Shown piece after piece: positions 48,954 through 59,181 of a stretch of 64,000 nt of DNA (its first letter is position 1; every line of letters begins with the position of its first letter). The notes beneath the pieces are model-generated. The model made no database searches, was not told where the DNA came from, and worked only from the letters and a program-made list of their open reading frames with translations. The stretch lies in assembly GCA_963771355.1 (NCBI GenBank), contig CAVYTA010000002.1, forward strand, positions 66,481-130,480, written 5' to 3'. Source of the DNA: an uncultured Candidatus Rokubacteria bacterium. GTDB taxonomy: Bacteria; Methylomirabilota; Methylomirabilia; Rokubacteriales; CSP1-6. The translations under genes were made by a program, and so were the position numbers.

Positions 48954-49730
48954 ATGACCGACGAGCTCCGACTGCAAATAGACGGTGGAATTGCCACGCT
49001 GACCATGAACCGCCCGGACCGGCGCAACGCGATGAACCGCGCCATGCTGACGGGGCTGGTCGAGCATTTCGAGGCGCTCGACGCGAATCCGGAGGTGCGC
49101 GTGGTGGTGGTGCGGGGCGAGGGCCCCGGCTTCTGCTCGGGCATGGATCTGCGCGAGATGCGCCAGCGGCAGGACGACCCCAAGGGCGATCCCGAGAGCG
49201 GCGTCACGCAGGTGCTCCAGAGGGTGGAGCGCTCCCGGCATCCCACCATCGCGATGGTCCACGGCGACGCCATCGCGGGCGGCTGCGAGCTGGCGCTGCA
49301 CTGCGACCTGCGCGTGGCCGCGGAAGGGGCGCGCTTCGGCATGCCGCTGGCGCGCATCGGCCTCCTGGTGCCCTTCGCGCTCGGCCAGAAGCTGGTGGAG
49401 ATCCTGGGCCCCGCCCATACACGACATCTCCTCTTCACCGGGCGCCCCATCGACGCCCGGCGCGCCTACGAGATCGGCATGGTGCATCAGCTCGTGGCGC
49501 CGTCCGAGATCGAGAACGCCACCTATACCCTCGCCCGACAGATCGCGGAGAATGCGCCCCAGTCGCTGGCGGGCATGAAGGCGGCGATCGCGCGCATGAT
49601 CTCGCTCCGCGAGCAGATCCCCCACGACGACATCGACGCCCTGGCGCGCCAGGCACACCGCAGTGAGGATGCCAAGGAAGGCGCCGCCGCCATGCTCGAG
49701 AAGCGCAAGCCCGCCTTCAAGGGCCGGTAG
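48954..49730 (+). CDS. Enoyl-CoA hydratase/isomerase
   Basis: NRPDRRNA, FCSGMD, GGCELALHCD. Confidence 0.92.
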   Translation: MTDELRLQIDGGIATLTMNRPDRRNAMNRAMLTGLVEHFEALDANPEVRVVVVRGEGPGFCSGMDLREMRQRQDDPKGDPESGVTQVLQRVERSRHPTIAMVHGDAIAGGCELALHCDLRVAAEGARFGMPLARIGLLVPFALGQKLVEILGPAHTRHLLFTGRPIDARRAYEIGMVHQLVAPSEIENATYTLARQIAENAPQSLAGMKAAIARMISLREQIPHDDIDALARQAHRSEDAKEGAAAMLEKRKPAFKGR

Positions 49731-49753
49731 CCCCGCCCCCAAGAGGACCCGCC

Positions 49754-50906
49754 ATGGCCACCTTCAACTTCGAGCTCCACGAGCTGCCCCCCGAGGCCGA
49801 GACCCTGCGGCAAGAGGTGCGCGAGTTCCTGCGCACCGAGCTGCCCAAGCTCTCGCCGGACGAGCGGCCACGCACCTGGGGCGGGCATAGCCCCGCGTTC
49901 TCGAAGAAGCTCGCCGCCCGCGGCTGGATCGGGATGACCTGGCCCAAGCAGTACGGCGGCCACGAGCGCTCCTTCCTCGACCGCTACGTGGTGCTCGAGG
50001 AGACCCTGGCCGCGGGCGCGCCGGTGAGCGCCCACTGGGTGGCGGACCGTCAGTCCGGGCCGCTCCTCCTCCGCTTCGGCACCGAGGAGCAGCGCGAGCG
50101 CTTCCTGCCTCCCATCACGCGGGGCGAGCTCTCCTTCGCCATCGGGATGAGCGAGCCCGACTCCGGCTCGGACCTGGCCTCCATCCGCACCCGCGCCGAG
50201 AAGGTACCGGGCGGCTACAAGGTCAACGGCACCAAGATCTGGACGAGCAACGCGCACCTCTCCGACTACGCCATCTCGCTCTTCCGCACCCAGGTGGTGC
50301 CGGACAAGAAGCACGAGGGCCTCTCCCAGTTCCTCGTGGACCTCAAGAACACCAAGGGAATGACGATCCGCCCCATCTACGACCTCGCGGGTGGGCACCA
50401 CTTCAACGAGGTGCACTATGAAGACGCCTTCGTGCCCGAGGAGCTGCGGGTGGGCAAGGAGGGCGACGGCTGGAAGCAGGTGACGACGGAGCTGGGCTTC
50501 GAGCGGAGCGGCCCCGAGCGCTACCTCTCCTCGATCCGGCTCGTCCTCGAGCTGATCAACGAGGTGGGCAAGGAGCCGGGCGAGCGCGCGGCGGTGCTGC
50601 TCGGCCGGCTCACCGCGCACCTCAACACGCTCCGGCAGATGTCCCTGTCCGTCGCCGCCATGCTCCAGGCGGGGAAGAGCCCGAACCTCGAGGCCTCCGT
50701 GGTGAAGGACATCGGGACCACCTTCGAGCAGGAGATCCCCGAGCTGGTGCACGCGCTGGTCGGTGCCGAGCCCCGGCTCGCCACGGGCAGCGAGTTCGAG
50801 AAGACGCTCGGCTATCTCGTCCAGCACGCCCCGTCCTTCTCCCTGCGCGGCGGCACGCGCGAGATCCTGCGCGGCATCATCGCCCGCGGCCTCGGGCTTG
50901 AGATAA
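49754..50906 (+). CDS. Acyl-CoA dehydrogenase (first gene of a pair; stop probably lost through a +1 error near 50898)
   Basis: GMSEPDSGSD, NGTKIWTS, GGTREILRGIIARGLGL; removing one T gives GLGLR*TAA at 50904-06. Confidence 0.82.
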
Positions 50907-50917
50907 GAGGACCTGAC

Positions 50918-51976
50918 ATGGCCACCGAAATGCGCAATCTCCTCGCCGACACCTGCACGCGCCTCTTCACCGATCGCGTCACCCCCGCCCTCATCGAAGC
51001 CGCCGAGAAGGGCCAGTGGCCCGAGGCGCTCTGGCAGGCGGTGGAAGAAGGCGGCCTCACCCTGCCGCAGATCCCGGAGCAGCATGGCGGCGCCGGCGGC
51101 TCCTGGGACGACGCGCATGTCGTCCTCAGCGCGGCGGGCCGCTTCGCCGTGCCGCTGCCCATCGCCGAGACCATGATCGGCGCCTGGCTCCTGTCCACGG
51201 CCGGCCTCGACGTGCCCATGGGGCCGATCACGGTGGCGCCCACCCAGGCCGCGGATCGGCTCTCCCTCCGCCGCGAGGGCGGAAGCTGGAAGCTCAGCGG
51301 CACCGCGGGCCGCGTGCCGTGGGGGCGTAACGCGAAGCACGTGGTCGTCCTCGCGGACCATGCGGGCAAGCCGACGGTGGCGCGGGTGGCCGGCGGCGCG
51401 GCCAGGGTCGAGCCCGACACGAATCTCGCGCTGGAGCCGCGCGACACGCTGACCTGGTCGGACGCGGCGGTGGCCGCCGCCGGCACCGCCGACAGCCTGC
51501 AACCGGACTCGCTGTGGCTGGCGGGCGCCATGGCCCGCGCCGCGCAGATGGCGGGCGGGCTCGAGTTCCTCCTCTCGCAATCGGTGAAGTACGTCAGCGA
51601 GCGCAAGCAGTTCGGCAAGCCGCTGGCCGCCTTCCAGGCCATCCAGCAGAACCTGGCGCTGCTCGCCGGCCACACCGCCGCGGCGGGCATGGCCGCGCAG
51701 GCGGCCTTCCACGCCATGGAGAAGGGCGACGCCGCTTTCGAGATCGCCTGCGCCAAGGTGCGCGTGGGCGAGGCGGCGGGCCTCGGCGCCGGCATCGCGC
51801 ATCAGGCGCACGGCGCCATCGGCTTCACCTACGAGCACACGCTCCACTTCGTCACGCGCCGGCTGTGGTCCTGGCGCGCCGAGTTCGGCGGGGAAGGCCA
51901 CTGGGCGGAGCGGCTCGGCCGCGAGGTCGCCGCCCGCGGCGCCCAGGCCCTCTGGCCGCTCCTGACTTCACGTTGA
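50918..51976 (+). CDS. Acyl-CoA dehydrogenase family protein (second subunit of a probable heteromeric ACAD)
   Basis: Own GAGGA RBS and ATG; ERKQFG, HQAHGAIGFT.E. Confidence 0.82.
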   Translation: MATEMRNLLADTCTRLFTDRVTPALIEAAEKGQWPEALWQAVEEGGLTLPQIPEQHGGAGGSWDDAHVVLSAAGRFAVPLPIAETMIGAWLLSTAGLDVPMGPITVAPTQAADRLSLRREGGSWKLSGTAGRVPWGRNAKHVVVLADHAGKPTVARVAGGAARVEPDTNLALEPRDTLTWSDAAVAAAGTADSLQPDSLWLAGAMARAAQMAGGLEFLLSQSVKYVSERKQFGKPLAAFQAIQQNLALLAGHTAAAGMAAQAAFHAMEKGDAAFEIACAKVRVGEAAGLGAGIAHQAHGAIGFTYEHTLHFVTRRLWSWRAEFGGEGHWAERLGREVAARGAQALWPLLTSR

Positions 51977-51995
51977 TCAACGCAAGAGGTCCATC

Positions 51996-52869
51996 ATGCC
52001 CATGACCCAGCTCGGCGAGGTGAGCATCACCCGCGTGGTCGAGATCGCGCGCTCGTTCAATCCGACCCCGTCCATGCTGCCCGACTCCAGCGCCGATGCC
52101 ATCGCGCGGCATCACGGCTGGCTCAAGCCGGACTTCTGGGACGACACCACCGGCGATATGGGCTCGCGCATCCAGTCCTACGTGGTGAAGACGCCGAAGC
52201 ACACGGTGGTCATCGACACCGGCGTGGGCGATGACAAGGAGCGCCACGAGGTGCCCGGCGTGGAACAAGAAGAAGGGCACCTTTCTCGACGACCTCCGGG
52301 CCGCGGGCGTGACGCCCGAGCAGGTGGACTTCGTCCTCTGCACGCATCTGCACGTCGATCACGTCGGGTGGAACACGCGCCTGGTGGACGGCAAGTGGGT
52401 GCCGACGTTCCCGAAGGCAAAGTACGTGATGGTGGGCTCGGAGCTCGAGTTCTGGAAGCGCGAGCAGCAGGAGGGACGGGACGCGTCCGGCTGCTTCACG
52501 GACAGCGTGGCGCCCATCATGGAGGCGGGCAAGGCCGTGCTCGTGGACGAGACCTTCAAGGTGGACGAGCACCTCCGCTTCGAGCCCTCCCACGGCCACA
52601 CGCCGGGCCACTCCTGCGTGCGGCTCACCACCCAGGCGGGCGAGGCCGTCTTCTCCGGCGACCTCATGCATCGCGTGGTGCAGGTGGCCGAGCCCCAGTG
52701 GTCGAGCCGCTTCTGCACCGACATGGCGCACGCCGCGCGCACCCGCAAGGCGTTCGTGGAGCAGATGGCCGACTCGAAGGTGCTCGTCTGCGCGGCGCAT
52801 TTCCCCCGCCCCGGCTTCATCGTCACGAAGGACGGCGGCCACCGTTTCACGCCGGCGCCGGAGGCCTGA
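51996..52869 (+). CDS. Metallo-beta-lactamase fold hydrolase, +1 frameshift near 52255
   Basis: IDTGVG in the first frame; THLHVDHVGWN, GHTPGH, GDLMH, AHF in the second. Confidence 0.87.
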
Positions 52870-52870
52870 A

Positions 52871-54013
52871 ATGGCCTTGCCGCTGGAGGGCATCCGCGTC
52901 ATCGAGCTGGGCGGGGCCTTCGCCGGCCCCTTCGCGGCGGGGATCCTCGCCCGCATGGGCGCCGACGTGATCAAGGTCGAGCGCCCCGAGGGCGACGACG
53001 CGCGCGGCTGGGGGCCGCCCTTCTGGAACGGCGTGTCCCCTGCCTATCTCGCCATGAACTCGGACAAGCGCGGCATCACCCTGGACCTCAAGGACCCGAC
53101 GGACGTCGCCTGGCTCATGGACGAGGTGGGCCGCTCCGACGTCCTCGTCCACAACATGCGGCCGGGCGTGATGGAGGAGCTGGGCCTCGGCTCCGACGTG
53201 ATGCTGGCGAAGAATCCGCGCCTCGTCTACGCGGCGATCTGGGCGCTGGGCCGCACGGGCCCGCTCAAGCTCAACCCCGGCTTCGAGCCCATGGTGCAGG
53301 CCTTCTCCGGCCTCATGGCCATGAACGGCGACGAGGACAGCCCGCCCACGCGCGTCGGCACCTCGCTCCTCGACTTCGGCACCGGCATGTGGGCGGCCAT
53401 GGGCGCGCTGGCCGGCATCATCCAGCGCGGCCGCACCGGCCGCGGCTGCGTGGTGGACGCATCGCTCCTGGAGACCGCGCTGGGCTGGCTCACCGGGCAC
53501 TACGCGTCCTATCGGATCTCGGGCGAGGTGCCGGTGCGCCACCGGACCGGCTCGAGCCGCCTCATCCCGTTCGAGGGGTTCGAGACCAAGAACGGCGAGA
53601 TCATCATCGCGGCCGGCAATGATCGGCTCTTCGCGAAGCTGGCCACGGCGCTCGGCCACCCCGAGTGGGCGACGGACCCGCGCTACGCCAAGAATACCGG
53701 CCGCTCCGCCCACAAGGAGGACATCCTGGGCAAGATCCGCGAGATCGTCGCCACGCGCACCAAGGGCGAGTGGGTGGACATCCTCGAGGCGGCCGGCGTG
53801 CCCTGCGCGCCGATCCATTCCCTTCCGGAGATCGTGGAGCATCCCCAGACCAAGGCGATCCAGATGCTCCAGCCCGTGCCGGGCGCCGAGAACCTGGAGC
53901 TGGTGGCGCTGCCGCTCAACTTCGACGGCGAGAAGCCCCGCATCCGGCGCGCGCCGCCCACGCTCGGCGAGCACAACGCGGAGATCCGCGGACACCAGGA
54001 GGGCCGACCATGA
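52871..54013 (+). CDS. Family III CoA-transferase (CaiB/BaiF)
   Basis: GADVIKVE, NMRPG, LLDFG, PTLGEH. Confidence 0.92.
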   Translation: MALPLEGIRVIELGGAFAGPFAAGILARMGADVIKVERPEGDDARGWGPPFWNGVSPAYLAMNSDKRGITLDLKDPTDVAWLMDEVGRSDVLVHNMRPGVMEELGLGSDVMLAKNPRLVYAAIWALGRTGPLKLNPGFEPMVQAFSGLMAMNGDEDSPPTRVGTSLLDFGTGMWAAMGALAGIIQRGRTGRGCVVDASLLETALGWLTGHYASYRISGEVPVRHRTGSSRLIPFEGFETKNGEIIIAAGNDRLFAKLATALGHPEWATDPRYAKNTGRSAHKEDILGKIREIVATRTKGEWVDILEAAGVPCAPIHSLPEIVEHPQTKAIQMLQPVPGAENLELVALPLNFDGEKPRIRRAPPTLGEHNAEIRGHQEGRP

Positions 54014-55041
54014 CCGCGGACCAGACCATGCGGGCGCAGTTCTACGGAGGCGCGCGGCAGTTCAATGCGGGCACCGCGCCCGTGCCCACGCCGGCGGCGG
54101 GCGAAGCCCTCCTGCGCGTGCGGCGCGTGGGCATCTGCGGGACCGACCTGCACATCTACGAAGGCCACCTCGACGCGCGGGTGGCCAAGGGGCGCATCAT
54201 CGGCCACGAGACCTTCGCCGAGGTGGTGGAGGCGCCCCCCGGCGCTCCCGTCCGCGCCGGGGACCGCGTGGTGATCAACCCGGTGGTGTCGTGCGGCGAG
54301 TGCCGCGCCTGCAAGATGGGCGCGTCGTACGTCTGCTACAACCTCAAGGTCCGCGGCGTGGATATGGACGGCGGCATGCGCGAGCTCTATCCGGTGCCGG
54401 TGGACCGGCTGCTCAAGGTGCCGGACACGCTCAGCGACGACCATGCCGCCCTCATCGAGCCGCTCGCGGTGGCCACGCATGACGTCACCCGCGCCCAGGT
54501 GAAGCCGGGCGATGCCGTCCTCGTCTTCGGCGGCGGGCCCATCGGCGCCCTCATCGCCATGGTCTGCCGCCATCGCGGCGCGCGGGTGGCGGTGGCGGAG
54601 ATCAATCCGTTCCGAGTGGACATGCTCCTGGGCCTCGGGCTCGAGGTGGTGGGCCCCGATCGCGAGGTACCCGCCTTCGTCAAGGAGTGGACGAACGGCG
54701 AAGGCGTGGACGTCGCCTTCGAGGTGACGGGCAATCCCAAGGCGGTGCGCCTCATGACCGAGGTGGTGCGCGTCTGGGGCACCATCAGCATCGTGGCCAT
54801 CCACTCCGAGCCCATGCCGGTGAATCTCCTCCAGATGTTCGCGCGTGAGCTCAACATGCACGCGAGCCGGCTCTACACCTGGGAGGCCTGGGAGGAGGCG
54901 ATCCGCCTCGCCGCCACCGGGGCGGTGACGCTGGGGCCGCTGGTGAGCCGCAAGATCCCGCTGGAGGGGCTCGGCGAGGGCATGGAGCAGGCGCTCAAGG
55001 GCGGGCCGGTGATGAAGGTGCTGGTGGACCTGACGCAGTAG
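54010..55041 (+). CDS. Zn-dependent alcohol dehydrogenase (MDR family)
   Basis: GICGTD, GHE, CGECRAC..C, GGGPIG. Confidence 0.92.
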   Translation: MTADQTMRAQFYGGARQFNAGTAPVPTPAAGEALLRVRRVGICGTDLHIYEGHLDARVAKGRIIGHETFAEVVEAPPGAPVRAGDRVVINPVVSCGECRACKMGASYVCYNLKVRGVDMDGGMRELYPVPVDRLLKVPDTLSDDHAALIEPLAVATHDVTRAQVKPGDAVLVFGGGPIGALIAMVCRHRGARVAVAEINPFRVDMLLGLGLEVVGPDREVPAFVKEWTNGEGVDVAFEVTGNPKAVRLMTEVVRVWGTISIVAIHSEPMPVNLLQMFARELNMHASRLYTWEAWEEAIRLAATGAVTLGPLVSRKIPLEGLGEGMEQALKGGPVMKVLVDLTQ

Positions 55042-55055
55042 CGCGAGCGGCGACC

Positions 55056-55685
55056 ATGCTGACGTGGAGGCTCGCCGGCGCGCTGGCGCTCGCCCTGATC
55101 GCACCGGCGGCGGCCGCGGCGCAGACGCCCGCGGCGGTCCCCCTCCGGGGCGCCGAGCTCCTCGCCGCCCTGCGCGGGGGTGGCTTTGTCCTCTACTTCC
55201 GCCACGCCGATACTGACTGGACGCAAAACGATACGCGCGGGATGAACCTCGAGGACTGCGCCGCTCAGCGAAACCTCTCGGATCGAGGACGCGAGAATGC
55301 GCGCGCCATCGGAGCAGCGATCCGCGCCCTGGGCATCCCGATCGGATCGGTGCTCGCGAGCCCGCTATGTCGCACCGTGGAGACGGCGATGCTCGCCTTC
55401 GGCGTCGCGGAGAAATCGATGGCGGTTCGAGAGGGCGGCCCCCTCCCGCCGGGTAGCCCGGGACGCTACGAGGCCTTGCGCGTGCTTCTCTCCACGCCGG
55501 TGGCGCCCGGCGCCAACCCGGTCCTGGTCGGCCACGCGTATCCCTACTACAGCCTGGTCGGCGGGCAATACCTCGAAGAGGGCGAGGCTGACGTGCTACG
55601 GCCCCGCGGCGCCGACTTCGAGGTGGTCGCGCGCGTCGGCCTCAAGCAGTGGCGCGAGCTCGCCGCCGCGCCGCCGAGCCGATGA
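55056..55685 (+). CDS. Secreted histidine phosphatase family protein
   Basis: Signal peptide, RHA, QRNLS, ASPLCRT, LVGH. Confidence 0.87.
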   Translation: MLTWRLAGALALALIAPAAAAAQTPAAVPLRGAELLAALRGGGFVLYFRHADTDWTQNDTRGMNLEDCAAQRNLSDRGRENARAIGAAIRALGIPIGSVLASPLCRTVETAMLAFGVAEKSMAVREGGPLPPGSPGRYEALRVLLSTPVAPGANPVLVGHAYPYYSLVGGQYLEEGEADVLRPRGADFEVVARVGLKQWRELAAAPPSR

Positions 55686-55701
55686 GCCGGTCGAGGCGCA
55701 C

Positions 55702-56880
55702 GTGAGCGTGACCTTCCCCACCGAGCGCGCGGCCAAGCGCACCGCCCTCCTCGCCGCGGTGGAGCGCATCCGCGACGTGGTGGCGGCCGGCGCGGAGGAA
55801 GGGGAGCGCCTGCGCACGCTGCCGCCGGAGACCGTGCGCGCGCTGGCGGAATCGGGCCTCCTCGCCCTCAAGGTCCCCGAGGCGCTCGGCGGCGCGGAGG
55901 CCGATCCCGTCACCCAGCTCGAGGTGCTGGAAGCGCTCACGCGCATCGACGCCTCGGCGGGCTGGTGTCTCATGGTGGCCAGCACGGCGGTGGGCCTGCC
56001 CGCGGGCTTTCTCCCCGACGAGGCCATCGGCAAGATTCTCGCCGGCGGCCGCATCCCGCCCGCCGCCATCGCCATCTTCCCCAGCGGCACCGCCACTCCC
56101 GTGGACGGCGGCTATCGGCTCAGCGGGCGCTGGCCCTTTGCCAGCGGCGTGCGACACGCGGAGTGGCTGACGGCCGGGGCCATGGTCCGCCGCGATGCGC
56201 AGGAGCCCGGCGAGCGCCACATCGTCGTCATACCGGCCGGCGCCGCCGAGATCCACGACAACTGGAAGGTGGCCGGGCTCGAGGGCACCGGCAGCAGCGA
56301 CTTCTCTGTCACCGACCTCTTCGTGCCCGCCGCCTTCGCGTGGAACGCCGCCACCGCGAGGCCCCGGCGCGGCGGCGCGCTCTTCCGGCTGGGCATGCCC
56401 GCCTTCGTGGCCTACGAGCATGTGGCCTTCGCTCTCGGGGTGGCGCGCCGGGCCATCGACGCGGGCCTGGAGCTCGCCCAGGGCAAGCGGCGGGGCATCG
56501 TCGTGACGTCGCCGCTGGCCGGACGCGCCGCGTTCCAGGCTCTGCTCGGCGAGAGCGAGATCCGGCTGCGCATGGTGCGGGCAGGAGCGCTCGAGCTCTT
56601 CGAGGCCGCCTGGGTCACAGCCAGCGCCGGCACGACGCCGGAGCGGCGCCAGCAGGCCGAGCTGCGGAGCGCCGCCACCTACGCCACCGACACGGCGGTG
56701 GACATCGTCACGCGCATATTCCGGGCGGCCGGCGGCGGCGCGCTCTACCGCGCCGGCATCCTCCAGCGCTGCCTCCGCGACATCCACGCGGGGGGGCAGC
56801 ACTTCATGGTGAGCGACTCGGCGTACGAGCGCCTGGGGCAGATCCTGCTGGGCGTCCCCGATGTCGATCCGATGGGGTGA
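55702..56880 (+). CDS. Acyl-CoA dehydrogenase-like flavin-dependent hydroxylase (HsaA/HpaH-like)
   Basis: SGRWPFASG, W.VAGL.GTGS, LQRCLRD.H...QH. Confidence 0.87.
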   Translation: MSVTFPTERAAKRTALLAAVERIRDVVAAGAEEGERLRTLPPETVRALAESGLLALKVPEALGGAEADPVTQLEVLEALTRIDASAGWCLMVASTAVGLPAGFLPDEAIGKILAGGRIPPAAIAIFPSGTATPVDGGYRLSGRWPFASGVRHAEWLTAGAMVRRDAQEPGERHIVVIPAGAAEIHDNWKVAGLEGTGSSDFSVTDLFVPAAFAWNAATARPRRGGALFRLGMPAFVAYEHVAFALGVARRAIDAGLELAQGKRRGIVVTSPLAGRAAFQALLGESEIRLRMVRAGALELFEAAWVTASAGTTPERRQQAELRSAATYATDTAVDIVTRIFRAAGGGALYRAGILQRCLRDIHAGGQHFMVSDSAYERLGQILLGVPDVDPMG

Positions 56881-56900
56881 CCGGCTGCCGCAGCCTTCCT

Positions 56901-56951
56901 TCGCGTGCGGCTCTCGGGCGCCGCCTCGCATCTGGACCTTTTTGAGCCGCC
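56901..56951 (-). mobile_element. Truncated (left-half) copy of the 13066-13182 palindromic element
   Basis: Reverse complement matches 13064-13114 at 43/51 positions by manual alignment. Confidence 0.7.
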
Positions 56952-56985
56952 GGCGAGCTTCCGCAGCCTGGTAAGCCTGCGCTTC

Positions 56986-58323
56986 TCAGGTCGGCTCTCC
57001 GGGGGGGACCCGCGAGCGCCGAATATCGGCCTGGACGTCCCGCACCACGTTGCCCTCGAACTCGATGGTCACTTCCTGGCGCTCCAGCTCGAGGTGTTGA
57101 ACCGAGGCGAGCAAGCCGAACAGCTTCCGCGTCGCCGGACGGACACGGCGGCCGTGGTAGACGAGGGTCCGTCGCTCGGCGGCCGGGAAGCGCTCCGCGA
57201 CCTCAGGGTCGGGCCCGCAAAGCCGCAGCACCTCGTCATAGGTGGTATGGCCGGGACGGATGCGCGCCAGCACGTCGTGCGAGAGCACCACCCCCGAGAG
57301 CTTCTCTCGCGGCGCGCCGTCCCATCCGGAGACGTGAAAGTGCCCCGTCAGCCGTTGCACGGCGGCCAGCGCGGCGCGCCCGACCAGGGGCCCGACTGCG
57401 TACCCCAGGAGGAGCAACACCACGGGCACCGCCACCACCGCCGCCGCCTGGGTGCGTGAGAAGTAGCCGTACTGGACGTTCAGGCGCTGGGGCGTGGAGC
57501 CCTCGCCGGTGTCGAGAAAGAGCGCGACGGTCTCCGTGCTCTCCGCCGTCTCGCTGAGGCCGCGGACCGCGGTCGTCGGGGCGATGGTGTCGATCTTGAG
57601 ATGGTCAGCCTCGCTGAAGCTCACCGTCATCTCGGCGGGCGCGTCGCCCAGCCGCACCACGCGGTCGCGGTGGGCGAGGTACATGCGCCGGAGCGGCCGC
57701 CCGCGGGCCTCGTTGAAGCTGATGGCCAGGAGCCGGCGCTCGCCGAGGAACCAGCGCTCGATCCAGGAGGTGGGCTTCGGCTTCACCACCGAGAGGCTCG
57801 GCACCTCGAGCGTCATGATCCAGTCCGCGTCGGTGAGCCGGGGCGAGGCGGGAATGCGGATCCAGGTGGCGGGCGCGCTCAGGCCGAGAGCACCGCCGGT
57901 CTGGACGAAAGTGACGTAGGGGGCGCCCCCCGGAACGGGCTCACGCGCGGCGGCGTCGCCTTCCCCGCTGACCTGCCGGGCGCGGAGGGGCAGCCGCCCT
58001 TCCTCCACGACGTCGAACCGAAGCGCCGTCACCGCCTGGGCGAGGACCGGATCACGGGCGCCGAGCGCGGGATCGCCCTTCACCTCGCCGGGCCAGAGGA
58101 GGTAGAGGTCGGGCACCGCGGCGCCCGGCGGCGCCGTCACGCTGAACAGGATCCGCACCTGCACCGGCCCCGGCGCCGGCGTCACCGCCGCGCGGATGGT
58201 GAGCGGCGCGATCCGGAGGTCGGGGCTCGGCGCGTCCGAGAAGAAGAGCTGGGCGCCCGCGGGGGCCGGCGCCGCGAGGACGAGCGCGCCGACGAGCAGG
58301 AGCCCGATGCGACGCAGGCTCAC
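56986..58323 (-). CDS. Hypothetical membrane-anchored protein
   Basis: Signal peptide, TM segment in the C-terminal third, C-terminal RPGHTTYDEVLRLCG (SmpA/OmlA-like). Confidence 0.7.
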   Translation of the reverse strand: MSLRRIGLLLVGALVLAAPAPAGAQLFFSDAPSPDLRIAPLTIRAAVTPAPGPVQVRILFSVTAPPGAAVPDLYLLWPGEVKGDPALGARDPVLAQAVTALRFDVVEEGRLPLRARQVSGEGDAAAREPVPGGAPYVTFVQTGGALGLSAPATWIRIPASPRLTDADWIMTLEVPSLSVVKPKPTSWIERWFLGERRLLAISFNEARGRPLRRMYLAHRDRVVRLGDAPAEMTVSFSEADHLKIDTIAPTTAVRGLSETAESTETVALFLDTGEGSTPQRLNVQYGYFSRTQAAAVVAVPVVLLLLGYAVGPLVGRAALAAVQRLTGHFHVSGWDGAPREKLSGVVLSHDVLARIRPGHTTYDEVLRLCGPDPEVAERFPAAERRTLVYHGRRVRPATRKLFGLLASVQHLELERQEVTIEFEGNVVRDVQADIRRSRVPPGEPT

Positions 58324-58691
58324 GCCCCCGCCAGCGGCACCAGCACCGACAGGCGCGGGGCGTCGCCCACCACCCGCGTGATGTGGCCCTGGCCGGTGAG
58401 GTCCTCCGCCAGCACCACGTCACCCGGCTCGATCCGCGCGATCGTGCCGTCGCCCACCTCGATCTCGGCCCGGCCCGACAGCGTGATGGAATATTGCCGG
58501 CGCGGGGCGCAGTGCCAGTGCAGGACGTAGCCGGGCGGCGCGACGCGGAAGGCGATGCCCGTGGCCGGCACGAGCGGGCTGCCCACGCCGTGGGCGCCCT
58601 CGGTGTCTTCGAAGGGCCGCATCTCCGGGGGCGCCTCCACGATCTTCGATTGTCCGTCGGTGCCGCTATAGACTCGCCAGAACTTCGCCAT
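58320..58691 (-). CDS. Cupin domain protein
   Basis: WHCAPRRQY, EIEVGDG, AED.TG.GH. Confidence 0.85.
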   Translation of the reverse strand: MAKFWRVYSGTDGQSKIVEAPPEMRPFEDTEGAHGVGSPLVPATGIAFRVAPPGYVLHWHCAPRRQYSITLSGRAEIEVGDGTIARIEPGDVVLAEDLTGQGHITRVVGDAPRLSVLVPLAGA

Positions 58692-58703
58692 CCTCACGCC
58701 TCC

Positions 58704-59177
58704 TCAGAGATAGAGCTCGAAGCGGATCACCTTCGGCCTGAATCCGATGCGCCGGAACGTCTCGTGCGCGTCCACGTTGAACGCCCACGAGCTCAGCTCG
58801 ATGTCCCGGATCCCGCGGCGGCCGGCCTCGTCCACCGCCGCCCCGATGAGCGCGCGCGCCGTGCCCCGCCGCCGCCACCGCGGGTCCACGGCGATCTGGT
58901 CGATCTCGCACCAGTGGCGCGCGTACGAGAACGGCACCGGGCCCCGCTCGCGGAAGTATGCCAGGACATAGCCCACTGGCGCACCCGCCTCCGCCGCGAG
59001 CCACACGCGAGAGGTCGGACCCTCCACGAGCGTGACGAACCAGGCGGCGAGCTCGTCCGGCGCGGCCACCCGGAAGAAGTCGGGACGAGCGGCCACATGG
59101 AGGCCGTGGACATGCTCGTTCAGGGTCGCCAGCGCCGGCGCGTCATCCGGCCCCGCCACCCGTATGGTCGCACTCAC
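58704..59177 (-). CDS. GNAT family N-acetyltransferase
   Basis: IAVDPRWRRRGTA, FN..A..TF...GF. Confidence 0.88.
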   Translation of the reverse strand: MSATIRVAGPDDAPALATLNEHVHGLHVAARPDFFRVAAPDELAAWFVTLVEGPTSRVWLAAEAGAPVGYVLAYFRERGPVPFSYARHWCEIDQIAVDPRWRRRGTARALIGAAVDEAGRRGIRDIELSSWAFNVDAHETFRRIGFRPKVIRFELYL

Positions 59178-59181
59178 GGTT

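Noticed and set aside
49754..51976. 740-aa fused double acyl-CoA dehydrogenase
   Set aside because: Removing one T at ~50898 restores GLGLR*TAA, and the second half has its own RBS and ATG. This matches the +1 error pattern elsewhere, so the fusion is probably an artefact.
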